Shown: positions 10,114 to 22,239, counted from the stretch's first letter. The stretch is DNA of 64,000 nucleotides from Nitrospinaceae bacterium (GCA_965223665.1 OZ245011.1:672001-736000), one strand, 5' to 3'. Program-made: numbers and translations. Notes: generated by a model not told the origin, from the sequence alone.

Positions 10114-12330
10114 TTGGCAAAACTTTATAAAATCTGCTTGGTTAAATTAATCTTACTGCTTGGGCTTTTCGTTTCTCCTGTTTTTGCTTCTTTTCCCGGG
10201 AACCTCCAAGAAAATGAGCAATATCATTTTAAAATTCCACCTGGTTTAGGTCCACAAGTTGAGTTTTGGAAGAAAATTTATACCCAATATTCAACCCATC
10301 ATGCAGTAATTCATGATATGCAAAACCTCAATGTTATATATGAGGTGGTTTATCTTGGCAAAAGAGTTCTTTCCTCAAGAGCTAGAAATCGTAAGGTTTA
10401 TCCATATATCCAAAAGTATAAAAAAATCTTAAAAAAGATTTCCCGGACAAAAAACAAATCCAAACTAAGTAAGGAAGAAAAAAGGGTTGCTAAGTTAGTG
10501 GGTTCTAATTTTCGAAGAGCCTCACGAAATATTCGTATTCAATTGGGGCAAATGGATCGTTTTAAACGGGGTTTGAAATTATCAGGAAGATACATGGAAA
10601 GTATTCGAAAAGTATTTCGAGAAGTTGGTGTTCCTGAAGAATTGACTGCTCTTCCCCATGTAGAGTCCTCTTTTCAATTAGGAGCCTATTCCAGTGCTGG
10701 AGCAGCCGGAATTTGGCAATTTACACGAAGTACGGGACGCTTATTTTTAAAGGTGGGTTATACAGTTGATGAACGGTTAGACCCTATTTTATCTGCCTAT
10801 GCTGCCGCAAAATTATTAAAATCTAATTATAAGCAAGTTAAAAGCTGGCCTTTAGCCGTTACCGCTTATAACCACGGAATTAATGGAATGAAGCGGGCTA
10901 AAAGAAAATATGGAGATAATATAGGTAAAATAGTTCGTCATTATCGGAGCAGAACATTTGGATTTGCGTCAAGAAATTTTTATGCTGAGTTTTTAGCAGC
11001 ATTACAAGTATCCTCTAATCCTCTCAAGTATTTTCCTAAATTGCGGTTGGATCCTCCATTAAGATTGGCAAAAGTTCGTCTGAAGGACTATATGGATGTG
11101 GCCACTCTAATGCAATTTCTTGGAATGTCTCGAAAAGAAATTTCAACTTACAATCCATCCCTAAGAAAACCAGTAGTGTATGGGAAAAAAAGAATACCAA
11201 AGGGATTTATTTTTCAAGCTCCGGCTGACAGATTTCCAAATATTTCTTCATTATATGCAAGTATCCCTGGAAACTTTAAACATAAAAAGCAAGTAAGGTC
11301 TCGTTGGTATACGGTTCAACGGGGGGATACACTTTCTAGAATTGCGCGCCGCTCAGGTACCACAGTTAGGAAAATTAAATACCTAAATCATATTGGGCGA
11401 AAAAACAGGATTTACCGAGGTCAGGTTTTAGAAATGCCGGGCTGGAGTAAATCTAAAGCCAAAGTTGTCAAAGCGAAAGTTAAAAAACAAAAAATTGAAA
11501 AGTATAAAATTTCAGAGGATGGAACAATCCAATATAGAGTTCGTAGACATGACAATCTTACAAAAATTTCTAGAAAGTTTGATGTTCCGGTTAGTGTGTT
11601 AACCCATTTCAATCAAATGAATAATCCCAATAGTTTAGTCCCAGGGGATTATGTAAAAATACCTAAGCAAGTACAAAGTCTTGTCGCAAAAAATTCTAGC
11701 TCAAAAAATGCTAATAATATTCAATTAGCTAAACTTGAAACTCCTGGAGAAAATAACAAAAGAACAGCCACTAAAAAAGTAGTCAAGACACCACCGGCAA
11801 AAAATGGTAAAAATGAAATTACAATTACCTATTCTAATACCGTTCATGACCCACAATTTTTTAATAAAAATCGACCGGCCTTTACTCCTGTAAAAGTTTT
11901 TAACAAAAAGAAATATAAATATCCCTTAGGAATTATTAAGGTTGATTTTGATGAAACCCTTAGTCATATAGCCGATTGGGCTAGAATTTCTGTAAGAGAA
12001 TTAAGACGTCTTAACAAACTACGTCGAAGAAGTTCTATTCGCATGAACCAGACTATTAAGGTTCCCTTCCGTCGTGTTTCCGCTGAAGACTTTGATGAAA
12101 AACGGCAAGAATATCATAAAGCGATTCAAGAAGATTTCTACAATAATTACCGGGTTGAAAAAGTGGTAATCAGAAATTTAAAAAAAGGCGAAACTTTGTG
12201 GGAAATTTGTAACAAGCAAGATGTGATTCCTTTATGGTTATTAGGAAATTATAATCCAGAAAAAAACCTTCATGCATTGACTGTGGGAGAATCAATTGTA
12301 ATTCCCGTTATCGCAGATATTAAAGCCTAA
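10114..12330 (+). CDS. mltD: MltD-like lytic transglycosylase with multiple LysM domains
   Basis: PHVESSF...AGAAGIWQF...TAYNHG SLT motifs; LysM repeats YTVQRGDTLSRIA and YRVRRHDNLTKIS. Confidence 0.85.
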   Translation: MAKLYKICLVKLILLLGLFVSPVFASFPGNLQENEQYHFKIPPGLGPQVEFWKKIYTQYSTHHAVIHDMQNLNVIYEVVYLGKRVLSSRARNRKVYPYIQKYKKILKKISRTKNKSKLSKEEKRVAKLVGSNFRRASRNIRIQLGQMDRFKRGLKLSGRYMESIRKVFREVGVPEELTALPHVESSFQLGAYSSAGAAGIWQFTRSTGRLFLKVGYTVDERLDPILSAYAAAKLLKSNYKQVKSWPLAVTAYNHGINGMKRAKRKYGDNIGKIVRHYRSRTFGFASRNFYAEFLAALQVSSNPLKYFPKLRLDPPLRLAKVRLKDYMDVATLMQFLGMSRKEISTYNPSLRKPVVYGKKRIPKGFIFQAPADRFPNISSLYASIPGNFKHKKQVRSRWYTVQRGDTLSRIARRSGTTVRKIKYLNHIGRKNRIYRGQVLEMPGWSKSKAKVVKAKVKKQKIEKYKISEDGTIQYRVRRHDNLTKISRKFDVPVSVLTHFNQMNNPNSLVPGDYVKIPKQVQSLVAKNSSSKNANNIQLAKLETPGENNKRTATKKVVKTPPAKNGKNEITITYSNTVHDPQFFNKNRPAFTPVKVFNKKKYKYPLGIIKVDFDETLSHIADWARISVRELRRLNKLRRRSSIRMNQTIKVPFRRVSAEDFDEKRQEYHKAIQEDFYNNYRVEKVVIRNLKKGETLWEICNKQDVIPLWLLGNYNPEKNLHALTVGESIVIPVIADIKA

Positions 12331-13103
12331 TCAAACTTCTCGAAATATTTTAAAGCTGTTTCAATTGCCATTAATTGGGCCTCAACTCGCTTCTCCATTG
12401 AAAAATGAGTTGAAGATTCCAATGTGAAAACCCCGGCACAATTTTGCATATGGCTAAAAATAGCCATTGGCCACCATTCCATATTTTCAGGTTCAACTTT
12501 GGGTGTAATAATTCCCTTTAAAGCATCTGATTCATCAATTGAGGAATCATTATTGATAGGCATAATTTGCTTTACGTTATTTATTATTTCTTTACCCAGA
12601 GGAAGCAGACGGGGTTCATTTGGCTTTTGATATAAATAGTAACCTGGAGAATCTACATCTTCATGGAGTTCGATATCCAAATTCAGCGAATCGCTAACTA
12701 TTTTTTGAACAAATTTGACTTCTTTGGGAGGATTACTTTTTTTAAAACATCGATTTAAATCAAAGTTTTCAAAATTTTCTCTTTTATTAAATTCATATCC
12801 GAATGGATTGATACATGGAATGATGTTGAAAGTCCAGTTTGATAAAAAAGGATTATAAAGCTTTCTTTCTATAAACTGTATAATGGTTTCAATTCCCCCT
12901 GGCTCATCTCCATGAATTCCAGCTGAAATTAATATTTTTTTTGGTCCGCTGAGACCAATATTTATATGGTGAATTGGGTACGTTTTATTGGGAGTTTCTA
13001 AGTGTAAGATGTTTTTTATTTCTGCTTCAGGTGGAAGGATCTTAAGAATACGATCTACAATTAACTTATAATTTCTAGTTTCTGACAAACTATTTTTCAT
13101 CAT
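12327..13103 (-). CDS. M14 family metallocarboxypeptidase (AstE/AspA-like)
   Basis: SAGIHGDEPGG, PCINPFG, DLNR, ELHED motifs. Confidence 0.85.
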   Translation of the reverse strand: MMKNSLSETRNYKLIVDRILKILPPEAEIKNILHLETPNKTYPIHHINIGLSGPKKILISAGIHGDEPGGIETIIQFIERKLYNPFLSNWTFNIIPCINPFGYEFNKRENFENFDLNRCFKKSNPPKEVKFVQKIVSDSLNLDIELHEDVDSPGYYLYQKPNEPRLLPLGKEIINNVKQIMPINNDSSIDESDALKGIITPKVEPENMEWWPMAIFSHMQNCAGVFTLESSTHFSMEKRVEAQLMAIETALKYFEKFD

Positions 13104-13742
13104 TTAACCTAAGAATTTCTTTTCAGAGAATTCGCATTCTTTAGAAATAACACAATGAGAACAATCAAAATTTTTGGCTTTACAAACATACCTCCCGTGC
13201 AAAATCAAATAGTGGTGTGCTTTTTGTTTCCATTTTTTTGGTACTCGTTTTAACAACAAGTTTTCTGTTTCCTCAACGGATTTTCCAGGGGCTAAACCTG
13301 TACGATTGGAAAGTCGAAAAACATGAGTATCTACAGCGATTGTTGGATGGCCAAAAGCTTCATTTAAAACCACATTGGCTGTTTTTCTTCCTACGCCCGG
13401 TAATTCTTCTAATTTTTCTCTAGTGTCTGGTATTTGCCCCTCATATTTCTCAGATAAAATCTTACAAGTGTTAATAATATTTTTTGCTTTGGTAGGAGCT
13501 AAACCGATAGTTTTAATCTCATTTTTTAACTCAATTTCACCACATTTAATAAAATCTTCAGGAGTAGAATATTTATTAAATAAAGTTTTAGTTACCTTGT
13601 TTACCGATTTATCTGTTGCTTGAGCGCTTAAGATTACAGATATTAACAATTCAAAACTGTTTCTATAACTGAGCTCAGATTTGGCATTTGGCATGCTTTT
13701 ACTCAGTTTTTCAAACAGGCGGTTTATTATTTTGGGGGTCAA
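13104..13742 (-). CDS. nth: Endonuclease III
   Basis: LSAQATD, LPGVGRKTANVV HhH motif, VDTHVFR, C-terminal 4Fe-4S cysteine motif. Confidence 0.95.
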   Translation of the reverse strand: MTPKIINRLFEKLSKSMPNAKSELSYRNSFELLISVILSAQATDKSVNKVTKTLFNKYSTPEDFIKCGEIELKNEIKTIGLAPTKAKNIINTCKILSEKYEGQIPDTREKLEELPGVGRKTANVVLNEAFGHPTIAVDTHVFRLSNRTGLAPGKSVEETENLLLKRVPKKWKQKAHHYLILHGRYVCKAKNFDCSHCVISKECEFSEKKFLG

Positions 13743-13792
13743 TGTTAATCCATTGATTGGGAAGGATAATAAAGTAGTTTCAATTCTAAGAA

Positions 13793-14551
13793 TTAATTTG
13801 CGTTTTTAGCACAACGAACACCAACCAAAAATGTTTCTGTGCCATCTTGCATTCCTTGGTAACGAATAGCAGCGCGAATAAAATTTTTATCGTCTATCCA
13901 GGAACCTCCTCGGATTACTCTAAAACTTAATCGCTTTTGAGGTCCTTTAGGATTTTGGGTGGGGCTTTCTTTATAGTAACTTTCAGAAAACCAGTCCTCA
14001 ACCCATTCCCAAACACTTCCCATCATATCGTGTATTCCCCATGCGTTTGGTTTTCTTGTTCCCGGTGGATGTGGTTTTCTAGCTGAGTTCCTTTCATACC
14101 AAACATAATCTCCATTCACTCCATCCCCCCAAGAATTTTCCTTAGTACTTCCCGCGCGGGCGGCATATTCCCATTCAGCTTCAAAAGGTAGGCGCTTTCC
14201 TTGTTTTTTACAAAAGTTCCTTGCGTCTTCCCATTTAACATGATCCACAGCCAAGTTAGGACTTATATGCAAGGATGGATTAAATTGCATTACTTTTTGG
14301 AATTTTTCCTGATTGGCCTCATATTTATCCAAATAAAATGCATCCAGACAAACTTTATGAACGGGCCGTTCTCTATAATTTTTTCGACCCTCCTCATAAT
14401 CGAAAATGTTGTTAGATCCCATCATAAAGCAGCCTTCGGGAACTAACACCATTCCCTCGGGAGGAGAATCAGCACTTGAAATTAAGGGAAATCCCATAAA
14501 GAAAAGAAAAATATAAACGATAAGAAAGTATGTGTTTTTCATGGGGTCCAT
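13793..14551 (-). CDS. Formylglycine-generating enzyme (FGE-sulfatase/SUMF1) family exported protein
   Basis: Signal peptide, GCFMMGS, RLPFEAEWEYAARAG, NAWGIHDMMGSVWEW, RGGSW. Confidence 0.9.
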   Translation of the reverse strand: MDPMKNTYFLIVYIFLFFMGFPLISSADSPPEGMVLVPEGCFMMGSNNIFDYEEGRKNYRERPVHKVCLDAFYLDKYEANQEKFQKVMQFNPSLHISPNLAVDHVKWEDARNFCKKQGKRLPFEAEWEYAARAGSTKENSWGDGVNGDYVWYERNSARKPHPPGTRKPNAWGIHDMMGSVWEWVEDWFSESYYKESPTQNPKGPQKRLSFRVIRGGSWIDDKNFIRAAIRYQGMQDGTETFLVGVRCAKNAN

Positions 14552-14592
14552 TTTACTTGGGCCTTAATAAAAGTTCAAGCAAACTCCCATTA

Positions 14593-14626
14593 TGGAATCA
14601 GAAAAAATCCACTTTTTCTGACTCCA
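14593..14626. repeat. Imperfect inverted repeat (14-bp arms, 13/14 match, 6-nt spacer) between divergent genes
   Basis: TGGAATCAGAAAAA-ATCCAC-TTTTTCTGACTCCA. Confidence 0.7.
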
Positions 14627-14666
14627 CAAGGACAACAATTTTCCTGTTAAATATTTGAGGTAGAAT

Positions 14667-15683
14667 ATGAAGAAAATTTTAATTTTTACTTTACTAATCC
14701 AAATTTTAGTGAGTTTGGATTGCCAAGCGAATTACAGGAAAAAGATCATCACCTATCCTTTAAAAAATATCTCTGACTGGGTGGGGACTTACGAGCCAGG
14801 AACGATATTGGCTCAGTTAATTGAAGCTGAATTAAGAAATAATTACTCTTTTAGTTTTAATTTGATTCAATTGGATCTTTCACAAGAACGCCCTGATTTG
14901 AACAAAATTAAAACTCCGGCACAGTTTATCATTACAGGTAAAATTTTAAAATATCAGCCTGCCATACCGCTCCGACTCGAAAATACTCCGTTGGGAGAAA
15001 ACTTAGGCCAATTTGCACACGCAATAATAGAAATTGAATTGTTACACGGAATTACTCGACGGGTCCTTTGGAAAAATATTTTTCAGGATAAAACTGAAGC
15101 GGGAAACATTACAATCGGATCTTCAAAAAATACTTTGTTGTTGGAACATCCAGATTTTTTAAAAACAGGCATGGGGCAATTATTAACCAAACTTTCTAAA
15201 AAAATAATTCCTAAACTTGAAGAAGTTATTAGAAATATTCCATTCCAGGGTCAAATAGTTGGTGTTCAAAAGAAAAATGAAGAAGTCGTTTTAAATATAG
15301 GTTGGATAAATGGAGTGGAAATCCGGGATGATTTCATTGTTTTTGGTATGGAAAAAAAATACAAAGATTCCATTTATAAATCCGATTTAGGTGATCGGTT
15401 TCAACAGTTAGGTGTTGTCCGAGTTAAAACAGTGCATGAAGGATTTTCAGAAGCAGTAATTTTAGCGGGATCGGATTTTTCTAAGGGAAACTTAATTCAG
15501 GCCAAAGTATTTAAACCATATATTCAACCACAAGATGAAAATAAAAAACCAACCCAAAATGACTTTATTCCAAGGGTTAAAAAACCAACTAAACCTTTTT
15601 CCAAAAAGACCAGGGGTGATAAAAAGCAATCTTTCAGCAAATTCAATTTTTTTGACCTATTAGGTTGGGATATTCAATATTAG
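14667..15683 (+). CDS. Exported CsgG/FlgT-like protein (FlgT C-terminal-like domain)
   Basis: Signal peptide; IPFQGQIV...VVLNIG..NGV...DDFIVF resembles FlgT_C; assignment tentative. Confidence 0.5.
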   Translation: MKKILIFTLLIQILVSLDCQANYRKKIITYPLKNISDWVGTYEPGTILAQLIEAELRNNYSFSFNLIQLDLSQERPDLNKIKTPAQFIITGKILKYQPAIPLRLENTPLGENLGQFAHAIIEIELLHGITRRVLWKNIFQDKTEAGNITIGSSKNTLLLEHPDFLKTGMGQLLTKLSKKIIPKLEEVIRNIPFQGQIVGVQKKNEEVVLNIGWINGVEIRDDFIVFGMEKKYKDSIYKSDLGDRFQQLGVVRVKTVHEGFSEAVILAGSDFSKGNLIQAKVFKPYIQPQDENKKPTQNDFIPRVKKPTKPFSKKTRGDKKQSFSKFNFFDLLGWDIQY

Positions 15684-15684
15684 T

Positions 15685-18600
15685 TTAATTCTTGTTGAGT
15701 TTTTGAAATTCTTGTAATGAAGTAATACCTAGTTCAGCTGACTTTAAAGCCTTTAGAGCTCCAACTAAAGCATGAGCTCCTGAAATGGTTGTGCAGTACG
15801 GTAAGTTTCTGGTGAGAGAAGATCGACGTAATGAAAAAGAATCCTTTATAGCCTGCTTTCCAAATGTAGTATTAATCACAAATTCAACTTTACCTCCTTC
15901 TATTGCTTCAACAATATGTGGAGATCCATCTTTAACTTTGTTAATTGCAACTACGGTTAGCAATCCATTATTCATTAAAAACTTTGCAGTTCCTTCGGTT
16001 GCTAAAATTGAATAACCCAGTTTGTCTAATTGTTTGGCAATTTCCAGGACGGCTGATTTATCAGTATCCTTTACGCTAACAAAAACCGTACCCTCCAAGG
16101 GTAAATCAATACCTGTGGCAATTTGGGATTTCGCAAATGCTTTTCCAAATGTGTCATCGATTCCCATTACTTCTCCGGTAGATTTCATTTCCGGCCCCAA
16201 TAAGACATCCACATTTGAAAACTTTATAAATGGAAAAACAGACTCTTTTACAGCAACATGTGAAGGAATAACTTCCTCTGTAAAACCTAGGTCGGCTAAA
16301 GATTTACCGGCCATAACTCGTGCGGCGATTTTAGCTAAAGGTACTCCAATCGCTTTACTTACAAAAGGAATGGTTCTTGAAGCTCGAGGATTAACTTCAA
16401 GAACAAAAATTTGGTCATCTTTAACAGCAAATTGAATATTCATTAATCCTATTACATTTAATTCTTTAGCCAGGGCAATGGCTTGGCGTTTTATTTCTTT
16501 AATTGTACTGGAAGGTATAGAATAGGGAGGCAATGAACAAGCGCTGTCTCCTGAATGAATACCTGCTTCTTCTATATGTTCCATGACACCGCCAATTACG
16601 ACCTGTTGTCCATCTGAAACTGCATCCAAGTCAACCTCAATGGCATTTTCTAAAAAGCTGTCAATTAAAATTGGATGTTCAGGAGAAGCTTTAACAGCAT
16701 GATGCATATAATGATCTAGGCTTTTTTCATCATAAACAATCTCCATGGCTCTACCACCCAATACATAGGAGGGACGGACCACAACTGGATAACCTATTTT
16801 TGAAGCTATATTTTCTGCCTCTTCAAAAGAAACTGCGATTCCATTATCAGGTTGTTTTAATTCTAATTTTTCCAATACTTCTTTAAATCTTTTCCTATCT
16901 TCTGCTCGATCAATATTATCTGGATGAGTACCAATAATTGGAATACCAGCTTTGGAAAGGGCTAACGCTAGACGAAGGGGAGTTTGGCCTCCGAATTGAA
17001 CAATGACTCCATCTGGTTTTTCCACGCGAGCGATATGTAAAACATCTTCCAATGTAAGTGGCTCGAAATACAATCGGTCGGATGTGTCATAATCGGTGCT
17101 TACAGTTTCAGGATTACAATTTACCATGATAGTTTCAAATCCATCTTCTTTTAGGGCGAATGAAGCATGCACGCAACAGTAATCAAATTCGATCCCTTGA
17201 CCTATACGGTTGGGTCCTCCACCAAGAATCATTATTTTTTTCTTATTAGAAGGGTTTGATTCGCATTCATTTTCATAAGTCGAATATAAGTAAGGGGTAT
17301 GTGCTTCAAACTCTCCACCACAAGTGTCTACACGCTTGTACACAGGGTAAAGATCAAGTTGATCCCGTTTTTGATAAATTTCATTTTGGGAACAATCCAA
17401 CAGCTTACTTAAAAACAAATCAGAGTATCCATATTGCTTTGCTTTTCTTAATTGATTTTCGGGTAAATTTTCAATCGTTTTATAAGATTTAATTTCTTTT
17501 TCCAGATCTATTATTTCTTTTAGATTGGAAAGAAACCACGGATCAATTCCGGTAATTTGATTAATTTCTTCAAGAGTGACGTTTCTTCTAATTGCTGCAG
17601 CCACATGCCATAATCTATCCCAGTGCGGTAGTTTTAGTATTTCTTTGAGCTTGCTTTGATCGGTTTCGTGGAGATGCTGGATATCTTGCCCCTCTACAAA
17701 GTTTTCATTTAAACCCGAGATTCCAATTTCCAAGGAACGGAGGGATTTTTCTAAAGCTTCCTTAAAGGTTCTGCCGATAGACATAACCTCACCTACAGAT
17801 TTCATTTGGGTTCCTAAAAGTGGAGGGGTTTTGAAAAATTTTTCAAATGTAAATCTGGGAATTTTTACAACACAATAATCTAGAGTAGGTTCAAATGATG
17901 CAGGAGTCTCGCGGGTAATGTCATTAGGTATTTCATCTAAGGTATAACCCACCGCTAATTTAGCAGCAATTTTTGCAATTGGAAACCCGGTCGCTTTTGA
18001 TGCTAAAGCAGAACTCCTGGAAACTCGGGGATTCATTTCAATAACAATCATTTCTCCATTAAGGGGATTTACAGCAAACTGAATATTGGAACCACCTGTT
18101 TCTACACCAATCTCTCGAATGATATCAATTGCCGCAGTTCGCATAATTTGAAATTCTTTATCAGTTAATGTTTGAGCAGGAGCAACCGTAATACTGTCTC
18201 CTGTATGAATTCCCATGGGATCAAAATTCTCAATAGAACAGACGATAACTACATTGTCATTTTTGTCACGCATGACTTCTAATTCATACTCTTTCCACCC
18301 AATTAAAGATTTTTCAATTAGTACTGTATTAGTTGGGCTGGCACTTAATCCCCAATTAACCACTGATTCAAATTCCTCTTTGTTGTATGCAATTCCACCT
18401 CCAGTTCCTCCCAGGGTAAATGAAGGTCTTATAATAGAAGGAAAACCCATCTCATTTACAATTTCTAAAGCCTGATCCAGTGTGGAGGCAAATCCACTGG
18501 GAGCGACTTTTAAGCCAATGGATTCCATTGCCTTCTTAAACAAATCCCTGTCTTCTGCCTTATGAATGGTTTCAGCATCTGCACCAATCATTTCCACACC

Positions 18601-18933
18601 GTGTTGTTGTAGAATTCCCTGCTCTGCTACTGCGAGGGCTGTATTCAGACCAGTTTGACCACCCATGGTAGGTAAAATTGCGTCAGGTTTATCTTTTTCG
18701 ATTATTTTTTGGACCACTTCAGGGGTTACTGGCTCTATATATGTGCTGTTGGCAAAGTCCATATCGGTCATTATGGTAGCGGGATTGCTGTTTAACAAAA
18801 CCACTTCATAACCTTCCTCCCGTAGAGCCTTACAGGCCTGTGTTCCGGAATAATCAAATTCACAAGCCTGGCCAATTATTATGGGGCCAGCGCCAATAAT
18901 AAGTATTTTTTGTAAATCAGTTCGTTTAGGCAT
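15685..18933 (-). CDS. carB: Carbamoyl-phosphate synthase large subunit
   Basis: MPKRTD...[14 protein letters not shown], duplicated ATP-grasp domains, MGS domain. Confidence 0.99.
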   Translation of the reverse strand: MPKRTDLQKILIIGAGPIIIGQACEFDYSGTQACKALREEGYEVVLLNSNPATIMTDMDFANSTYIEPVTPEVVQKIIEKDKPDAILPTMGGQTGLNTALAVAEQGILQQHGVEMIGADAETIHKAEDRDLFKKAMESIGLKVAPSGFASTLDQALEIVNEMGFPSIIRPSFTLGGTGGGIAYNKEEFESVVNWGLSASPTNTVLIEKSLIGWKEYELEVMRDKNDNVVIVCSIENFDPMGIHTGDSITVAPAQTLTDKEFQIMRTAAIDIIREIGVETGGSNIQFAVNPLNGEMIVIEMNPRVSRSSALASKATGFPIAKIAAKLAVGYTLDEIPNDITRETPASFEPTLDYCVVKIPRFTFEKFFKTPPLLGTQMKSVGEVMSIGRTFKEALEKSLRSLEIGISGLNENFVEGQDIQHLHETDQSKLKEILKLPHWDRLWHVAAAIRRNVTLEEINQITGIDPWFLSNLKEIIDLEKEIKSYKTIENLPENQLRKAKQYGYSDLFLSKLLDCSQNEIYQKRDQLDLYPVYKRVDTCGGEFEAHTPYLYSTYENECESNPSNKKKIMILGGGPNRIGQGIEFDYCCVHASFALKEDGFETIMVNCNPETVSTDYDTSDRLYFEPLTLEDVLHIARVEKPDGVIVQFGGQTPLRLALALSKAGIPIIGTHPDNIDRAEDRKRFKEVLEKLELKQPDNGIAVSFEEAENIASKIGYPVVVRPSYVLGGRAMEIVYDEKSLDHYMHHAVKASPEHPILIDSFLENAIEVDLDAVSDGQQVVIGGVMEHIEEAGIHSGDSACSLPPYSIPSSTIKEIKRQAIALAKELNVIGLMNIQFAVKDDQIFVLEVNPRASRTIPFVSKAIGVPLAKIAARVMAGKSLADLGFTEEVIPSHVAVKESVFPFIKFSNVDVLLGPEMKSTGEVMGIDDTFGKAFAKSQIATGIDLPLEGTVFVSVKDTDKSAVLEIAKQLDKLGYSILATEGTAKFLMNNGLLTVVAINKVKDGSPHIVEAIEGGKVEFVINTTFGKQAIKDSFSLRRSSLTRNLPYCTTISGAHALVGALKALKSAELGITSLQEFQKLNKN

Positions 18934-19805
18934 CAGTCTTTATATATGTCTTTAATGTCTATTTGCCGTGATCGTTCACAAAGCAAACTCATATAGGATA
19001 ATCTTTTAAGTAGCTCAAATTTGTTTTTTTTGTTTTTGCTAATCTGATCACATTCTCCTTCTTCTATACTTTTTCTATATTTGTTAACCTGAATTTCTAG
19101 TTCATTTATTTCGTTTTTTAATTTACTTATTTCTTCCCCTAAAGATACTCGTTTCTTTTCTGAAGAAGATTTGTCTTGCTTGGTTTGTAAAGTATTTACT
19201 TTCTTCAAAAAAGAACTTCTCTTTTTCTCACATTTAATTAAATCTTTTTTTAATTGTTTTATATTTTTCAAAAAATTCTTTTTTTGTTCATTTAAACTTT
19301 TAACTTTATTTTTTATATAACTAAAAGTTTCCTTAGGATGGAAACAAAAATTTTCTGTAAAAAAATAAGAATTTTTAAAATAAATTAAGCGAGTTTCAAA
19401 AATATCATCCTTTTTTATTCCAAGATGGTTTTGTTCATACTGAACCACATATTTTTTTTCATCAAAAACCTCATAAACATCTACCTCTTTTGGCCGGATT
19501 TTTTTTACTACAAAAATTCCATGAGTCCATTTGGAAAAGTTTTCATATAGGTTTTGTAAGTCATCGGAGAGGAGTGAACTGTTTGTTTTCATGTACTGAT
19601 CAAGCCTGGTTTTAAAATCATGGGAAATTAGATCATCCAATACAAACCACTCTAAAAAAGCTCCCATACGGGATTGATAGGATTGGTCATCTTCAAATAT
19701 TTCCCCTGAAATCGCTTGATATTCTTTTTTTGCTTTAAGTAATTCTTCCGATTGCTCCTGTTTGCTAATGTCCCCGATCAGATTTCTTAGTTTTTCTTGA
19801 ATCAT
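18933..19805 (-). CDS. Hypothetical protein between carA and carB, with a long Lys/Glu coiled-coil segment
   Basis: Overlaps the carA stop and carB start; [18 protein letters not shown]-terminal region and charged heptad-like region. Confidence 0.75.
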   Translation of the reverse strand: MIQEKLRNLIGDISKQEQSEELLKAKKEYQAISGEIFEDDQSYQSRMGAFLEWFVLDDLISHDFKTRLDQYMKTNSSLLSDDLQNLYENFSKWTHGIFVVKKIRPKEVDVYEVFDEKKYVVQYEQNHLGIKKDDIFETRLIYFKNSYFFTENFCFHPKETFSYIKNKVKSLNEQKKNFLKNIKQLKKDLIKCEKKRSSFLKKVNTLQTKQDKSSSEKKRVSLGEEISKLKNEINELEIQVNKYRKSIEEGECDQISKNKKNKFELLKRLSYMSLLCERSRQIDIKDIYKD

Positions 19806-20938
19806 AAATTCCTTTCCATCATTTCAACAAAATTCTGGAAAAGATAACTTGAGTCTTGTGGGCCTGGAGAGGCCTCAGGATGATATTGGACAGAGAATAT
19901 AGGTAAACTTTTATGTTCAATGCCTTCTACTGTTTTATCATTTAAATTTATGCACTTTATTTGGACGTCAATTGCCGGGGAATTTCCATCTACAGCAAAC
20001 CCATGATTTTGTGAAGTAATTTCAACTTTTTTTTCTTTTAAATCCATTACAGGCTGATTCCCGCCGTGATGTCCAAAACGTAGTTTAAAAGTGGTTCCCC
20101 CCAAAGCCAAATTCAATATTTGGTGGCCCAGGCAAATCCCAAATATGGGAACTTTACCTATCAAATCTTTTACATTTTTAATTGCGTAGGGAACTGCGGC
20201 AGGATCACCAGGGCCATTGGATAAAAAAACACCATCAGGCGTATATTTTAAAACTTCCTTGGAGGACATTTTGGCAGGAACGACTGTAACTTCGCAACCC
20301 GCTTTGACTAATTTCCTTAGTATATTTCTTTTTATTCCGAAATCATATGCAATGACTCGATACTTCTTTTTATTTGTGGAAACATCTTTTAAATATCCAT
20401 TTTCCAAGGACCACTCACCTTCATCCCAATTATAAGGATTTTTACAGGTTACTTGACTTACTAAATCTCTACCTTCCATTTTTGGAAATTGTCTCGCTTT
20501 TTCAATTAATTTCTTGGGATTATTTATATCATTTGAAATTATGGCTTGTTGGGCCCCTTTGTCTCTTATATGTCGAGTCAAAGCTCGTGTATCTAGTCCC
20601 TGAATACCTACAATGTTGTTTCTTTTTAAAAAATTATCCAGTGTCTCTCTGGAACGCCAATTACTAGATACAGGGCTTAATTCCTTAATTATAAATCCAG
20701 AGAGATAAGGACGGTCGGATTCAAAATCTTCAGGATTAATTCCATAATTACCAATTAAGGGATAAGTCATTACAACCATTTGACCGCAATAGGAAGGATC
20801 GGTTATCACCTCCTGATAGCCTGCCATACTGGTGTTAAATACTATTTCCCCAAGAGCATCTCCCGTAGCACCAAACATACTTCCTGTAAAAATTTTTCCA
20901 TCTGCTAAAGCCAGTACAGCTTCCATAAATTTTTCCAA
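19802..20938 (-). CDS. carA: Carbamoyl-phosphate synthase small subunit
   Basis: GEIVFNT, TDPSY, SNGPGDP, GICLGHQ, QYHPEASPGP. Confidence 0.99.
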   Translation of the reverse strand: MEKFMEAVLALADGKIFTGSMFGATGDALGEIVFNTSMAGYQEVITDPSYCGQMVVMTYPLIGNYGINPEDFESDRPYLSGFIIKELSPVSSNWRSRETLDNFLKRNNIVGIQGLDTRALTRHIRDKGAQQAIISNDINNPKKLIEKARQFPKMEGRDLVSQVTCKNPYNWDEGEWSLENGYLKDVSTNKKKYRVIAYDFGIKRNILRKLVKAGCEVTVVPAKMSSKEVLKYTPDGVFLSNGPGDPAAVPYAIKNVKDLIGKVPIFGICLGHQILNLALGGTTFKLRFGHHGGNQPVMDLKEKKVEITSQNHGFAVDGNSPAIDVQIKCINLNDKTVEGIEHKSLPIFSVQYHPEASPGPQDSSYLFQNFVEMMERNL

Positions 20939-20949
20939 TTAATTTGAAT

Positions 20950-22239
20950 CTAGTGAGTGGTTCCGGAATAAATGATTTTTCCGCGGGCAATAGTACAAAT
21001 AATTTTCCCTCTTAATTTCCAGCCATGAAACGGGGAATTTTTGCTTTTTGATTTGAACTTTTGTGTATCAATAGTGATATTTGATTCTGGATCAAAAACT
21101 ACCACATCCGCATCTTTTCCTATACCTAATGAACCTTTATCTAAATTAAAAATTTCTGCTGGTCGAGAGGTAAACTTTTCTACCATTTTGGAATGAGTAA
21201 AAATTCCCTCTTCAACTAATTTTAAACTTAGGGGAAGGGCCGTTTCTAAACCTACAATGCCAAAACAAGCAGAATTATATTCAACCTGCTTGTCTACTAA
21301 ATCATGAGGAGCATGGTCTGTGGCAATAATATCAATTGTATCGTCTTTCAGTCCTTCTTTAATGGCTTCAACATCTTCTTGTGTTCGAAGAGGGGGACTC
21401 ATTTTTGTGTTTGTATCATAACCACGTACAGCTTCATCGGTAATAGTAAAGTGATGAGGTGCCACTTCACAGGTGACAGGAAGCCCTTTTGCTTTTGCAA
21501 TTCGCACCAGTTCCACCGCCCCACCACTGCTTATATGAGCCACATGAAGTCGGCCACCGGTTTTCTTTAGGAGAGCAATATCACGATAAACCATAATATC
21601 CTCAGCCTCTGTGGGCATCCCTTTAAGACCTAATTCTGTGGAAACTATCCCTTCATTCATGCAACCCCCGGAGGTTAAATCTAAAATTTCACTATGCTGA
21701 ATCAGGGGCAAATCGAACATTTTGCTGTATTCAAAAGCTCTCCTCATTAATTCGTTGCTCATTACAGGGCGCCCATCATCCGAAAAACCTACCACACCCG
21801 CATCTTTAAGATCACCCATGTCAGTCAGTTTTTCGCCCTTTAAACCCATTGTGATAGCTCCAATAGGTAAGGTATTTATGGTTCCATGTTTTTTTCCCTG
21901 GGAGATCATTAATTCTGTAACGGATCTATTGTCATTCACCGGATTGGTATTCGGCATCATTGCTACAGTAGTAAATCCACCTGCGGCAGCGGAATCACAA
22001 CCTGTGGAAATGGTTTCTTTGTATTCATGACCTGGCTCACGGAAATGAACATGCATATCCAGAAACCCCGGAGCAACAATGCATTTAGTGGCATCAATGA
22101 TTTTAGAAATATCTTGTTCTGGAATTTTACCAGTGGGTTCTAACTTTTGGATTTTTCCTTTTTCTATAAGCAAATCAAAAGGACCATCTAAGTTATTTGC
22201 CGGATCAATTACCCGTCCATTTTTAATTAGAATTTTCAT
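20950..22239 (-). CDS. pyrC: Dihydroorotase
   Basis: [33 protein letters not shown] at 22239 preferred as start. Confidence 0.97.
   Translation of the reverse strand: MKILIKNGRVIDPANNLDGPFDLLIEKGKIQKLEPTGKIPEQDISKIIDATKCIVAPGFLDMHVHFREPGHEYKETISTGCDSAAAGGFTTVAMMPNTNPVNDNRSVTELMISQGKKHGTINTLPIGAITMGLKGEKLTDMGDLKDAGVVGFSDDGRPVMSNELMRRAFEYSKMFDLPLIQHSEILDLTSGGCMNEGIVSTELGLKGMPTEAEDIMVYRDIALLKKTGGRLHVAHISSGGAVELVRIAKAKGLPVTCEVAPHHFTITDEAVRGYDTNTKMSPPLRTQEDVEAIKEGLKDDTIDIIATDHAPHDLVDKQVEYNSACFGIVGLETALPLSLKLVEEGIFTHSKMVEKFTSRPAEIFNLDKGSLGIGKDADVVVFDPESNITIDTQKFKSKSKNSPFHGWKLRGKIICTIARGKIIYSGTTH

Noticed and set aside
15785-18475. Short plus-strand ORFs antisense to carB, and similar shadow ORFs across the window
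   Set aside because: They lie wholly opposite or within well-supported genes and have no motifs; they are expected shadow frames.
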